Both the position numbers and the translations under genes were made by a program. A stretch of DNA of 64,000 nucleotides. Origin: Tubiluchus corallicola (Eukaryota > Animalia > Priapulida). How positions within the stretch are numbered: the stretch's first letter is position 1; each line of letters starts with the position of its first letter. Below, piece after piece: positions 1-18,441 of this stretch. A model generated the notes under the pieces. The model saw nothing but the letters and a program-made list of their open reading frames with translations, searched no databases and had not been told where the DNA came from. Location: positions 861,214-925,213 of the forward strand of contig JAQGDQ010000033.1 of assembly GCA_030141605.1 (NCBI GenBank). The letters run 5' to 3'.

Positions 1-235
1 TATACAGTACAAGATATTGAGAATGTATTTTAATTTAACGCTGCAGAGTGTAGACGTTCATGATAATAGTGCAAACAGCTTTTAGAGGAAAATGCTACAT
101 CATATAATAAAAGATTTTTCATTTATGAGCAACGTAGAATTAAAGCGAAGCCGATTCAAATTCGGTGTTATCAAAAGCAAGAGATATCGTGGTTAACATA
201 GTTGGACATACACGGACATAATAAAATACAGATAC

Positions 236-5757
<5,522 letters not shown>

Positions 5758-5856
5758 CGCCTGTATATATTGTCGTTTGGAATTTAACAGTTACTCAACC
5801 TTTTCACAAAATGACAATTAAACGCCAAGAAAACACAACTAGGCGTACATAAATTT

Positions 5857-5953
5857 CAAGATGGCTTCCTCCTTGTGAATGACTCAATTTTTCCTAGAGG
5901 GCCCCCTACAATTGATCGCATGACGTCAGCTCAAGCGACGTGGCGTCACATGA
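5857..5953 (-). promoter_or_regulatory. Rab1 proximal promoter motif cluster (YY1-like, CRE, ACGTGGC, M-box/CLEAR-like E-box)
   Basis: CAAGATGGCT near 5857-5866, TGACGTCA 5921-5928, ACGTGGC 5938-5944 and GTCACATGA 5945-5953, all 100-200 bp upstream of the Rab1 ATG in a locally CpG-rich patch. Confidence 0.6.
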
Positions 5954-6326
5954 TGAAAATTTCACGTTTATCATTTTTGTTTCCGAAAAGAAGATAAAAC
6001 AACAAACTCGAACTTTTTTTATTTAAAAATAACAAAAAAGAAAAAGAACGAAATAACAAAGAAATAAATTTCGCAATGAAGGAAACCTAATAAAACTGTA
6101 ATATTTTTTTTAATTTGAGTTTTAATGGTGTTCCTATCAAAAACGCGTTCTTCCTAGTACTGTATTATTTTAACAGAAAAGTTTTAAAGAAGCCTATTAA
6201 AAAGTGCCAACTGCCTCTTTCATCTTAACAAACCCACATTGCAATTAAAATTTTTGGTAAAATGATGGTAACAAACCCACAATTTTGACATCATACTCAA
6301 AAAATGGAAAATGCCAAAATTGCAAA

Positions 6327-6400
6327 GCAGCCTGGACTTGAACCTCAAATCTTCTGTTTGCAAGACAAATGCCTTAGACCACTAGGCCTAGGTATTCCCC
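6327..6400 (-). mobile_element. tRNA-Ala(TGC)-derived SINE head or tRNA pseudogene
   Basis: Minus strand reads TAGGCCTAGTGGT (A-box-like), anticodon arm tttgt-CT TGC AA-acaga, and GGTTCAAGTCC (B-box). The acceptor stem does not pair, so it is not a functional tRNA. Confidence 0.55.
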
Positions 6401-8288
6401 AGTGAAGAATGTTTTATAGCCAGCCAACCAAATAAGAATATCGCTCTGATTCTAGTGTGAGCAACCTAGCGTTAAAAATGGTTGGCCAGCTACATGTATT
6501 ATATAAGAGACGAACTTTGGATAGCCTTGGGCGCTGGTTAATATGGTAGGCTAGTAGTATAAGGCTACCTTGTAAGCCTATCTGCCCTGTAAGCTTAAAG
6601 TCCCCATTTCACATTGGGCTGTATCACTCAGCTGCACCTGAGTGATATAAAATTAACTATTATTAAGTAGCTCAGATCCTGAGTGCTCTTAATCAATTAT
6701 ATAAAATTGAATCTTAAACCTGATTTAGGATTATGCAAACAATCACATTATGCACTTTAAGAAAACATAATATTTCCAAAAAAAAACAAATTCAGTAAAA
6801 ATATTTGTATTTACAAAGACAAAACTATGATATAACAAAGCAGTTAATAAATGTGTAAGACGTGTAGGTAATTGCTGATTTTATAATTTACAGTCATTTA
6901 ATCAAAGGATAGGTCAACTCCAAATGCAATAAGCAAGCCTCACAAAAAATTATGTTGACATTAAGAAACTTTTCAAATATGTATAAGATCGTTGTTTTCA
7001 CAAGCTATGCCTAGGTTAAATGTTAGTTAATTAACGTACAGAACAATTTTAAATGCAGCAAGAACTATCGCTCATATTTTATAACTCCAAAAAAAACAGT
7101 AAATCACAAGTATTAGAAAACTACCACAATATAATTATGTTCATCCTTATACAATGAATATACAGTACAAGTTGTGCTAGTATATTTTATATGTCCTAAT
7201 GCTGAACTAATAATATAGCATAACCATTATCATTGTATGCTTTTACATGTTAAGGCTTACAAACAGTACTTAGAAGCTAGTATCGTAGGCTATGTATGAC
7301 AAGTAAAAGCCACAGTGTAGTGGATTAGATTCAAGGTTGCATGGTGATCTAGTGGATAACAAGTTACGATGTTAATGCTGGCTAATTTGATATGGTGAAA
7401 TTTTTAGCAGGGTACACTTTTTACACCTGAAATTGCTTCTAAAATGTTGTACCATGTCAGGAAAAGGTATTCGTGATAAACAGCAAGAAACATAACCATA
7501 TCTGTGATTAGAAGTAAGGAACAAGATTAGTATTTTCAGAAATGTTCACCGATCAGCACAGTTGAGATGACACGCTTGACACGCTTAGTTGGTAGTTGAA
7601 ACTGAGCAAGCAGGCATTGATGATCTGATGAGCAAGTCAGAAAGTTTAGCTGTGCGAATATACTAAAAATTTATTATTAACCACATTTGTTATTAGAATT
7701 TACTGTCCAACAATATGGATAGACAGACATGTTCCAGCTCTTGCAATAACAGCAAATACTTCAAAGTCTGTATTTCCAAATAAAGAAATAAGGTCTTGAT
7801 TAGTTAGCTTCCAAGTCAGTAAAGCAAAAGATTTACTTTCTCCAAAACATTAGATCACTGAAAGCTAGTTACAATGTGACACTTCTCTAAAATTCATGAA
7901 AGTTCAATTTTTTGGTAACATGATAAATATAACTCAGTAAATCTCTTACTCCAGTACAAGAATTTCTCAGCAACATCACTCTGCATTATTGGAAAATTCC
8001 AAGGTTTAGTACAGGATCAGTTACAATCATTTTTTAAATTTAAAAACACCTTTCTGCTATGTACAAACTTATACATTACAAAACACATTCTTTGATATGC
8101 TTTAGCCATTTAAAAAGTTATAGTCTGATATATTCACTCACTGACTGAACACACTTTGTTGCAATGTTCTTTAACAACTATACAATAGTTCTTTTCTTCA
8201 TAGCAAGACTTAACCAATATCTAGAACTTGCATGTTATAAGGATTCACAACTGCTCTGAAAATGAATATCCACACATTCCTCCAGCAA

Positions 8289-10544
8289 CTATAACAGTGA
8301 CTGTTCAATCATAATTTTGTCATAACCACTTGGTGGTCGATGGAAGAAATCACTAAACAACACGTCCATAATTGCACCTTCATCGACTAGAAACAAAACA
8401 GTACGACAGATTAAGCAGGACTTGGATGAGGACAATTTTCGCACATTATGCTGAATAATTATTGCAGTGCACGTCAATTATCATCATCACAAAAAATTTT
8501 AGAAACTGAAAAACTTCTCACATTTGACATTTTTGGTCAAAATTGACTCAAAAAATAATATCTAAGCAAAAATACGACAATCTCACACAGTTAACTTAAT
8601 TGCCTATTTAAAATGTTCTAGCAAACATTGTTTTGAGGTTAGTTGGCTCAAGCAACAAATTACCATGCTGTTAAGTAATTGCCTCTAAGTTATAAATGCC
8701 CCAACAATGTTCTTTTGAGAATAATTGGCCCAGGTATTTGTTCAGTTAGAATGTCAGCCTGCATGAAACTGTGGTGGTTAAACCACTTTAGGTTATACGT
8801 TAACATGACTGTTTGTTTGCTCATCTATAAAGAAAGCATACTTACCAAAAAACACAGGGTATAATGTACCACGTATTCCTATCACTGGTGACTGCAAATG
8901 ATTTCCATTTAAATAGAAGTTCATTTCTATATGATCATAAGATATGCCCTATAATAGAACATACGTCAGCAAATTATAACTACTTTTTCACTAATAAATT
9001 ACTCGTGCTCGTAAATGTTTTAAATTTTATCAAATTAAAACTGTTGAGTTCCACACTCATCTGCATTTCTAAATGGCATAAACTGCACTCTCGCTCATTC
9101 TTATTTGTACTTTTGCTGAAAAATAGATGTCATATAAAAGTGCTCGTCTGTATTTTATACCAGTAGTCATTAGCTAAGTGTGTTTTAGGTATTTATTTGT
9201 ATACCCTTTAAATGACATAAACATTTGTGCATAATTTCTACTTGTTCCGTGTAATTTGAATAATTAACACACTGCTATTCCAAGTGTTTTTTCTCCATTG
9301 CCAGTGCAAGATAACTCACAGCTAACACATGTCATAAATGCTTGCTTCACTTAAAGTCATACAGTATCACTCCATGTCATGCCAGTGCATACATATGCAA
9401 GTGCTCAGACAAAAGACAGCAAAGCTTTTAACGGTGTTGACGGACTGCTAAGCACTTCCATGCGTAGTATAGCATATATTAAATAACTAAGAGTGTACTT
9501 GTAGTAGCAGTAGGCCCTGGAGCATAACCTAGTATGAGCATACTCCTAGTTGGCAGTTAATGTATTAACTGAAACCTTCTGAAAACTATCATAATTCAAG
9601 AAATAGGTAGTTTAGTTAGAACACACTTACAATAACATCACCTTCTTGTGGCATTTCTGATATTGTAATCTTTTCTTCACCATTTGTGTAAACTTTACCA
9701 TCTGATCGTAAAACCCAGCTTTCACCATCATTGCCTAGCTGACCACTATTTAAATCTACGTTCCGAGTTGCTAAGCCTAGAGCCCACACTCCTAAAAAAT
9801 TGAACTTTAAATGTTACAATGGTGGTCGTAATGTGAAAATATACTAACCATGAGAACACAACCAAACATTTAAACAGTTAGAGAGTCAGTGTTGTGAAGT
9901 TATGTTGTAAGTGTCAAAATATAACACTCCAGCAAAGATAACTGGGTTTGAGGTATTGTGTAAATTGATCTCCTGCATTTTTAAGATTTTATGAAGCCTG
10001 TTTGACAAATGGAACCGATCAGTAAATGGTCAATAATTAAGAAAATAAAAAGGTTGCTTAATCACAAATTGGCCCAGTCATAACCCTTAAATTACCTTTC
10101 AATGTCAGCCTGCATAACTCAATCATGTTGAGTCAAAATCTCTCCCATATTTCTGACTGAAATTTGGTTTTTCATCTAGAGAAAAAATAATTTTTGTCTT
10201 TTTCTCCTGTAAAATTACCTGTCTGCTGTAGTTTCACTTCAAAGTATGCTTTGTCCTGCACGATAGGTACATTTGCTAGCGCTGCTCCTATTCCACAAAT
10301 TCTGCGGCCATTCTTCACAATTACTACATCATTACCTAAAAAAAGAAAAATTTTGTTAACAAACAATAAAACAGTATATTTTTTTAAAAACTGAAAAATG
10401 TGATAGTCAAATTGCAAGAACAAATAATTTACCCATATGTTTAGTGTCCAAAACAACGCTAGGTAATTCTTTCAATCTTTCATGTCCAGAATTAAAACCT
10501 TGTGCAGACCAGAAACGACAGAGACAACAAAATATATCATCCAT
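8289..10544 (-). CDS. SPRYD7: SPRY domain-containing protein 7, complete, 196 aa
   Basis: Exons 10433-10544 (MDDIFCCLCRFWS...VVLDTKHM), 10219-10335 (GNDVVIVKNGRRICGIG...YFEVKLQQT), 9631-9791 (GVWALGLATRNVDL...PQEGDVI), 8846-8948 (GISYDHIEMNFYLNG...GIRGTLYPVFF), 8289-8386 (VDEGAIMDVLFSDFFHRPPSGYDKIMIEQSLL*). Phases are consistent and the motifs match SPRYD7 end to end. Confidence 0.95.
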
Positions 10545-13500
10545 AGTTTACAATTATGTAGGTGTTATTATGACAACATTATCCCAGAAAAGTATTTAAA
10601 TAAATACACTTATTTATATCCACACAGTAAACTAAAATTATAATAAGATTCTATGAGATTCTCAAAAACCGATAAGTTTGCAAACTGAGATTGTGTTGTG
10701 AGTTTTGTACGTTCCTGCGTAAAGGATATACTGTGCTGCCACCTTCAGTAAATTTAAGTACTACAATGAAATATGCTCATTGTGGCCTTTTTTATGGACG
10801 ATATCAGAGCTTAGTCGTGTGAGGAATTGAGGATTTGTAAACTCAGGATAGAACTGCTTCTTAATCTGCTGGGTGTGCGTCGCGACATTTTACTTCTGAA
10901 AGCCAGCAAATTAATAATACTAAAGTTCTTTAACTCTATTTTCTTCGTTTGTAAGCTTATGGAACAAGTTCATACATTTCTAACGAAAACTTTTAACTAT
11001 CTGATATGACCACACTTTACGTAATGTAATTACCATAATTATTACGGTTACACAACTGTTGACAACTGTAATTACTAAATTGATTATAATTATTGTTATT
11101 CAAATTACAATACTTAATTTTTGTCTTCTGAATTACACAATCATGTGTAGATAGGTCTATTCAACCTATTTAAGTCATAATAGGTAGAATTAAAAGAAGC
11201 ACCTCTAATAGTGCCTAAAAGATTTAACTGTTCGAATTAAAAATGCACTTGAAACGTACGTGTTACGCGATTTTTTTTATTTTTTACCAAATTGATGCTT
11301 TCCATGTCAGTGCATTTGTGTACCAGTACCGCATTCTTACACACTCCCAGCCTGTAACCGGGCAAATAAGAGGCTATGTAACAGAATGATATTGCTGACG
11401 GATATTTTATTACGCCTCACTTTTAAGTTTTCATTTGGTTGTAGATTAAATCAGTCGCTACAGATATGAGCGTCACTGCAGAGTCTGTAAATGTGAACTT
11501 CGAAGATATCTGTGGTGAACAGTGAATTCGGTGAGAATGGACAATATTGAAACTTGAAAGCCATTATGAAAATGCGAGTTTTTCCACGTGTGAAGTTACG
11601 CGTTCATCCTCTTAGTAGCCTACCACAGAGATTGATGCACCGATGACAGGGGTGCAAGAGTGCAGCCGCAGTTGTAGGTGCTGCCCAGCGCTAGCACCAC
11701 GCACACGGTAGTCGTTCACTCACAATGTAGCTTTTGCCTTTAAAAGAGTAAAGACACACTTGTTATTTTCGATTTTGGTGGGTGAATCCATAAAAAGAAT
11801 GCTGCAAAATGCATTATCTAGCCATAGACCATGCGCAGCGTTTTGCGTTTATACTGATAGCCCAGCACCAACACACTAAAATCGTTTTATGTTTGTTATA
11901 AATTGTTTGGACTTAATGGATGAACGCTGGCGTCGTTCAGAATCTACCATGCTTGGTTTCATTGGTTTGCGGTTTATTTATTTAACCGCATGAAACACTA
12001 CAAAATTCTCATATTTACTACTCATATAAATTGTAATTTCCACAAGCTTTGGTGGCTTTTTGTTTCTGACTCATGTACACAGCTATCTGAGCAAAGCTTA
12101 CGTAGGATATGAGCCCTAGCTTCCCATTTAATCCACAATGGACAACACGGCAACTTTTTTTATATATAAATCACCCCAAACAAAGTAGTTACTACAATAA
12201 AAGACGTGAAGATGTGAATACGTCCAGAGAATTCGCTTTTGATAGACGGCATTGTTAATTAACGTTCTTCTTGAACAGAGTGAGGTTATAGCTTCAGCGA
12301 AACAATTTCTCAGTAGAGAATTCCAAAGAAGAAAAGCCGGAGAGAAAAAACTGGGCTTTATAAGCAGCTATTAATGGTGATGTGTTTCAAAATTTGGTTT
12401 GTCACAATCAGTCACACACCTGTTTGATTTTAGAGCTCACAACTAAGATTAAACAACTATCTAGCTTTTACGTCCCTGAAAACCTCTCAATTAAGAAGAA
12501 CTTAGTCCAAAATGCTGTATTCAGAATATACCCACGGTCGCACGTCGTGTATGAATGTAATTATTAGAAACTGTCGCACTTTTGTATCATTAACTTATTT
12601 TGTGTTTCGGTCATGGTATCGTGATGATTAATAATAAAAGCATCAACGAAAGGCTGTAGTAAGAGAAAAAAATAATTGGTTTTTACTACTGAACTTCTTT
12701 TATATTTTTACTATTATTCAAATGGCTAGACACTGCGGTTGGATAAATTATTGTTGAGTAATTATATAACACAACTTCTTAAACATTCACACATCACTGC
12801 CATTCGTTAATGATGAACAACAACTCACTGGTTTGAATCCTGCCCTTTTCACAATTGTCAGTGTTACTCCTTGGCTTGAATTCTGAATGTGTAGATTTTT
12901 AAAATTCCAGCGCTTTGGATGCTTAAATAATGTCCTGTTGGTCACATGACATGGCCACAATTCCAATAAATTTAACTTACTTAGCAGTAGGCGGCAAAAT
13001 AGAAAGCGTTATTATGGAGATTGGGCATTAAAATAAACTGGAAGCGGAAACTATAACGGAAAAATTAAAATGTGCGTTTAAAGCTAAGATAACAGTCCGC
13101 TCAAGACAAAAATTAATCTTTATAGCTTGACAAGTTGTTCTCAGACACGGATGGCAGTTTTCGGTCTGAAAAATATTTTGAATAAGGCGATTATCCCAAC
13201 TTCTTTCTCTGCAGATGCATGACGCGTATTTATAGCCGATTTGCAGCTATGAAGTCAAGCGCATCCCGGCAATGCTCCCGGCTTCCTTATAGCTTGTCTG
13301 CAAACTGGGAAACTAACTTTGGACACAAGGACACAAGCAAAAACTTTGGTTAAATGTTCGTCACAATTGCTGCGTTTTAGCTTAGTGATAGAAAACTACA
13401 AAATCGTATGAGAAAAATTGTGCGCAGTGAATAATATAAAAGTAGCACTCGTTTCACAGTAATGTGGGATAATGGTACAGTACTTGGTACCTGCATAATA

Positions 13501-13712
13501 TACAACTGATGCTGCAGCTCTTTAAAGAGTAGAGACACACCGCGTGTAACCCATAAATTAAAATATACGTAACTTTTATATGGTTATTAAACTCACGAAG
13601 TCAGGTGTTCAAGATTTCAATATCTAATTATAAATAAACTGCGCTGGAGGGTTTCACTGTTTTAGCGTTGTGGTTTCAAGTGATTTTCAACCACACCAGA
13701 TCTGTATAATTC

Positions 13713-15081
13713 ATGCTGGGGGCTCTTTTGTGTTGCGAACAAGGAAAAGGGAGACAACAAGGAAGTCCTCCCAGAGAAAGGAGACGACTTTCAGCTCCGA
13801 CTAGCTACGCGTTTCAACTAAGAATGGTAGAAGAAGAAGAACAAGTGGAAACGTCATTCAATGATGGAGAGAGAGTAAGAATGTTAACGATTGTTACTCA
13901 TAAAAGTTTTAGAGTATATAGACGCAGCCAGAATTTTAATTCGTGCTTGACGTTGGTGTTAATACTCCCAATAATTCAGCACTATTTCATACAGTTTTAC
14001 GCACTGCAGTTCCATTGTCCTTACCCTTATGCTGTTGTGGCAGATCTTTAATAGTAATAACATCCCACCGCAGATAAAACACTGAACTGCAGAGATTCCT
14101 TTGGCATGTTTATAGTTGTAATTACGTAACACATTTACGTAACTCGGACGGTATGACAGTTCGAATCGCCTCATATTTGTAACATGTTTTTTTAAATAGT
14201 TTCCAGTTTCTCCCAAGCGTATATAAGACAATAATGTCATAAGGACATTTTGGTTATAAACTCCTTAACTTTAATTATTGCTTACTTCGAAAGCGGCATT
14301 TTTTGACTTTAAGACTCGTTTTTCTTTGTAAACTCATTACAGCATTAAATTTTTATCTTTATAAACTTGATTTTCTGGTTTTACTAAGCTACTTACAGCA
14401 CTAAGCTATTAAGGTAGTTACAATTTGGCAACATAATGTTGTCTTGATGCCATGAAATCACCACTAAACAAATTTACAGGCTTTTAGTATAACCAATATA
14501 ACTTCATCCAGCAGCTGCTATTCTCATTACAGTGAGGTACTGTAAAATAAGTACTAGTTCTGGTGAAGGTGGTAGTGACAATTATTATTATACTAGGCCT
14601 ATACGTTTTTCTTTTATCTCGCGACATTTACTTTTTGCACCGTTTCATACGGAGCACGCTCAGCTAAAAACTAAAAATAACTAGTGTATGTGATACTGTC
14701 ACGCCGCTCGAGTATGTTTCTTACTTGTTCTATTTTTGATGTAATTTATATGTCCTCTAGCTTATTCTTGTATAAAAGTTTCATCTGTTATAAATAAAAC
14801 GAGTAGTGGTCGTTGCAGTCTCTGCAAATTGTAAGTGTTTGGCTTATATATGAGTTGTGGTTCTTGTGAATGATTACTTCTTTTGGTTTAGACTCATTTT
14901 TAGCGCCACAAATTTGGTTTGCCAATTTCGGTCTGTGTTTTATTTTTAGTAGTTCTGGTTCCTTTTCTTTGATTCTCAGGTACTTCAAACTGCTTACAAA
15001 TCTGATACAGCTTTTCGGTTTAGGCCCACAGCCTATTGTTCTTTCAGGAGACGCACTGATTTCCCGCAAAAATTGATATGA
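13713..15081 (+). CDS. Candidate small orphan gene (about 106 aa) with N-terminal di-cysteine
   Basis: Exon 13713-13874 (MLGALLCCEQGK...SFNDGER, donor gtaaga), exon 14480-14536 (AFSITNITSSSSCYSHYSE, tttacag/gtactg), exon 14980-15081 (VLQTAYKSDTAFRFRPTAYCSFRRRTDFPQKLI*, strong pyrimidine tract). All junctions are phase 0; no recognised homolog. Confidence 0.45.
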
Positions 15082-16620
15082 TGTAAACCCGGATATTCAA
15101 TAGTACGGGAGAGGGGACCCAAGAAAATTATTTCAGGGCCCTTCAATGGTTTATGCCACTATTATAATGACGTGCAAATTTGTATCAGAAATCCACAAAA
15201 AAATTAATAGACAGATTCGATGCCATATAATTTTGTGAAATAGAATACAGTCAGAAGCAAGCTCTGCAAACGACTGTTTTCGCGCTTTAGTTCGCTTTTA
15301 TTTATCCTTCGCACTAAATAAATATACAATTTAGGCCAATCGCCAGTTAACGCGTGAAGCTCAAAACAGAAAACCATGAATCTAGGGTACGTGTAGCAGG
15401 CAGGCTTCCGTGGAGTCAGTGGCACCAGTACGTGGGACAAGTACACATTTGTTTAACCTTGAAATTTGATTTAACGCCAGCTATAAACACCCACGTATAA
15501 TTGAATGAATTTATTTATAGGCTGCATCGTTAAAACTTTATAGATAATTATCAAGAAAAGTTCTATATCATGCAGCTTTTACTCAAGTTAATTAGAAGGA
15601 CATCTTGTTGTATTAAAGAACGGGCCATTACCAAGATGCTTGTATCAACTGCTAACGACATGCGTGCTAAATTATTTTGATACAACGTGATCGAACGTGC
15701 AAATTTTACATTCCTTGTTGTAGCTAAAGGCTAAAGGTGCTGAGGTCAATGGTATTGAGGTAGTGAGTGTTACGTTTGTTGGCACTGAGAAATGTCAAAC
15801 ATGCGCTTTTTTGTACGTAGGATTTAAATTTTGAGCTTTACATGACAAAGACGCTTATTTGAGTTCCTTCTGGTTTTTACTGTCTGGCTTTCAATAGTCT
15901 AGCAAGGATCGTTCCTGTTCAGTTTTGTTAATCACTACACATTTGTACGAGGTTTATGTTCATGCACAATCTGATCCCTAGTAATAAATTCAACCTACCC
16001 TTCAGCTAATAACTACGAAAACGCACCGCATAAAAGTCATATGATATGCACGTAGAATTTCAGATGTGTAACACGAATGGAAAACTCTTAGCAATAATTT
16101 ACTTAATCAACCTACAAAACACGAGAATTAGTGTCCAAAACTAAATTACGTATGATATTTTAATCAACTTGTGTTGAACTAGCAGAGCTTCCGGTATGCT
16201 TCCAATTTGTTTTGCAGGGTGTGGCTGATCACTAAGTATGTGCTGCAAATCATTCATTTTATAGACACAGGGTTGATTTCAGAAAAAATTCTTAAACTTT
16301 AAATTAATAGTGTCGTGTTTTCTTCATTTTTTGCGCTGGAAAGTTTATTACGTAAGGTAATGGGAATGTAAGCTTCTGAAGCCTGCAATGCAAAAAAGTT
16401 AGACACCCTTTGTCATATCGAAAATTATATATTGGCAACAAAGATGGCATACTGCTCAAATAATCTTATGCAAATTTATTTACAACCTTTCGAGTAACTG
16501 CTTATTCGCTATCAGGCTTGGGAATTTTTACGTGTAAGAAAATACAACCTGATTACAAACATAGTTAATATAATGAGTTGCTACATTACAAATGTTCAGC
16601 AGAATAATTCACTGTAGTGA

Positions 16621-16623
<3 letters not shown>

Positions 16624-16680
<57 letters not shown>

Positions 16681-16714
16681 ATATATATGTGTGTGTGTGT
16701 ATGTATGTATGTAT
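16624..16714. repeat. (TA)n, (TG)n and (ATGT)n compound microsatellite
   Basis: Directly visible. Confidence 0.95.
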
Positions 16715-18441
16715 GCATAGGATTACTTTAGCAGTATGCCAGCTTTGTTGTCAGCATGCATAAAATGTTAGCTACATATTAGTTTCAAAGCTACTAAGCC
16801 TAAATAACGCAAATATTATTTATTAGATAATAAAGGAAGCACTCTTTTTTAATAGAGTTAACTGACCGTCTGCTTCTTTCAACAGCTAAAGTGTAGACCG
16901 TTTTGTTCTTGTTACTTATGAGAGCATTACTAAGACTCTATGAAAAGGTTACCTGCAATATATGCATGGCTGGACATTCTATTTCGACTACTGTACTGGA
17001 CTACTGTAGCATATTGAAAGACTTCTCTTGAGACAAAAACCCGGGTCGTATACGATATGGAATCGCCTGGTGCACTTGCAAGACGAATAAAGACAATTTC
17101 AGAAATGGCAGAGGAGTCATGAAACAACTAAAACGGCTTTTTGCATCTAACTTGAACCATGCGTCTCCAGTAAGATGACAAGCTCGGAGAAATCACTTCA
17201 GTTTTATGAGCTAATAAATTGTCAGTAACCACGTGTTTCATAATTATTGTCTGTGGTGGTTAGAGTGAACGTAGTATCTACATGTTTCCATTCATTTATT
17301 TCTGGAATATTGGCCTTTGTTTCTGTATAGACATAATTCATTGGTGTAACAAAATCGTTTAATGTGATATAGTTACTTAACTTTTCTTGTTTCCAAAATG
17401 TTTTTGGCATAATCGACCTAAGCTTAACGCATTCTCAAGACGGGTAGATTGTGCGATTTTCAGACCTTTTAAGGTCGTCTTTTGTCTTATCCGTCAAAGC
17501 TCAGTAAGACTAAACCACTCTCCAATCGTTGCATGAAATGGAGAGCGCAAGCAATATTTTGTCATTATTATGATTTCGAGAAATTTTATGGATTCTTCTT
17601 TTTTCTCTAAGATCTAGCAGTTGTAATAGTACTTACAGTAATACATATGGGGGCTTGATGAGTTTGTTGTTTCACCTTGATCTGTACTAACAGAGAGTTG
17701 CTTATTTTGTATCCCAATCCAGATTGTCTATCTAATTTTAAAGTAGTAACTAATTTACCTATAGTGATAATTGATCAATAAAAACCCACAAGTATAATTC
17801 ATGGCTTATAGCGATCGTTTTGTTAAGCGCTGCGAAAAATCGATAGTCAGTCCTATATTCGCAAACGAACTAAATCGCTGTGCGGGTACGTAGTTTTAGT
17901 TACCGGAATTAAAATTCGAATTAAATTGAAGTAAATTCATACTGCTGCAGTCATACCGTTTCTTTATGCTATTGGGGCTGTTACCATATGACTATCTATT
18001 TCAAAATCTAATGTATGACGGACTGTCAGCTCCAGTTGGGAATTGCATGATCTCTGTAAACTGACAGCGCTCGCGTCTACTTTCAATCAACCAGCAATGC
18101 CGTGTCTCACGTGTTACCTGCGTGGCTTTACAACGTTTATTAATGCAAATGCAATTGCGCCACTACTCAATAATTCATGAAGACAATAACACAAGCAAGT
18201 TATTGGGATCAAATGTAAACAGGAATGTTTACCTTGAAGCTTGCGACTTCATAGAGCGTGCATTACAGTTTTAAGGAATGGACAGAATCAGAGCAATGGT
18301 CGTCGTAATTATCTTTGATTTACAACACGTTGTATTTGATTATTGAGGTTGTAGCTTCTGTTAGATAAAATGAAACCGTCCGGCTAAAAACAGCAAAAAT
18401 GTTTTCATGGACAATGTGATTTTCTGAGGTTTCATGTGATA

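Noticed and set aside
6327-6400. Functional tRNA-Ala gene
   Set aside because: A/B boxes and the anticodon arm are present but the acceptor stem does not pair; treated as a SINE head or pseudogene.
7624-7645. Hammerhead ribozyme core (CTGATGA...GAAA)
   Set aside because: Stem II cannot close (no G-C pair before GAAA) and stems I/III are not evident.
12829-13030. Minus-strand exon pair with gtaagt/gtgagt donors
   Set aside because: The only frame that joins has a stop immediately upstream and no start; at most non-coding.
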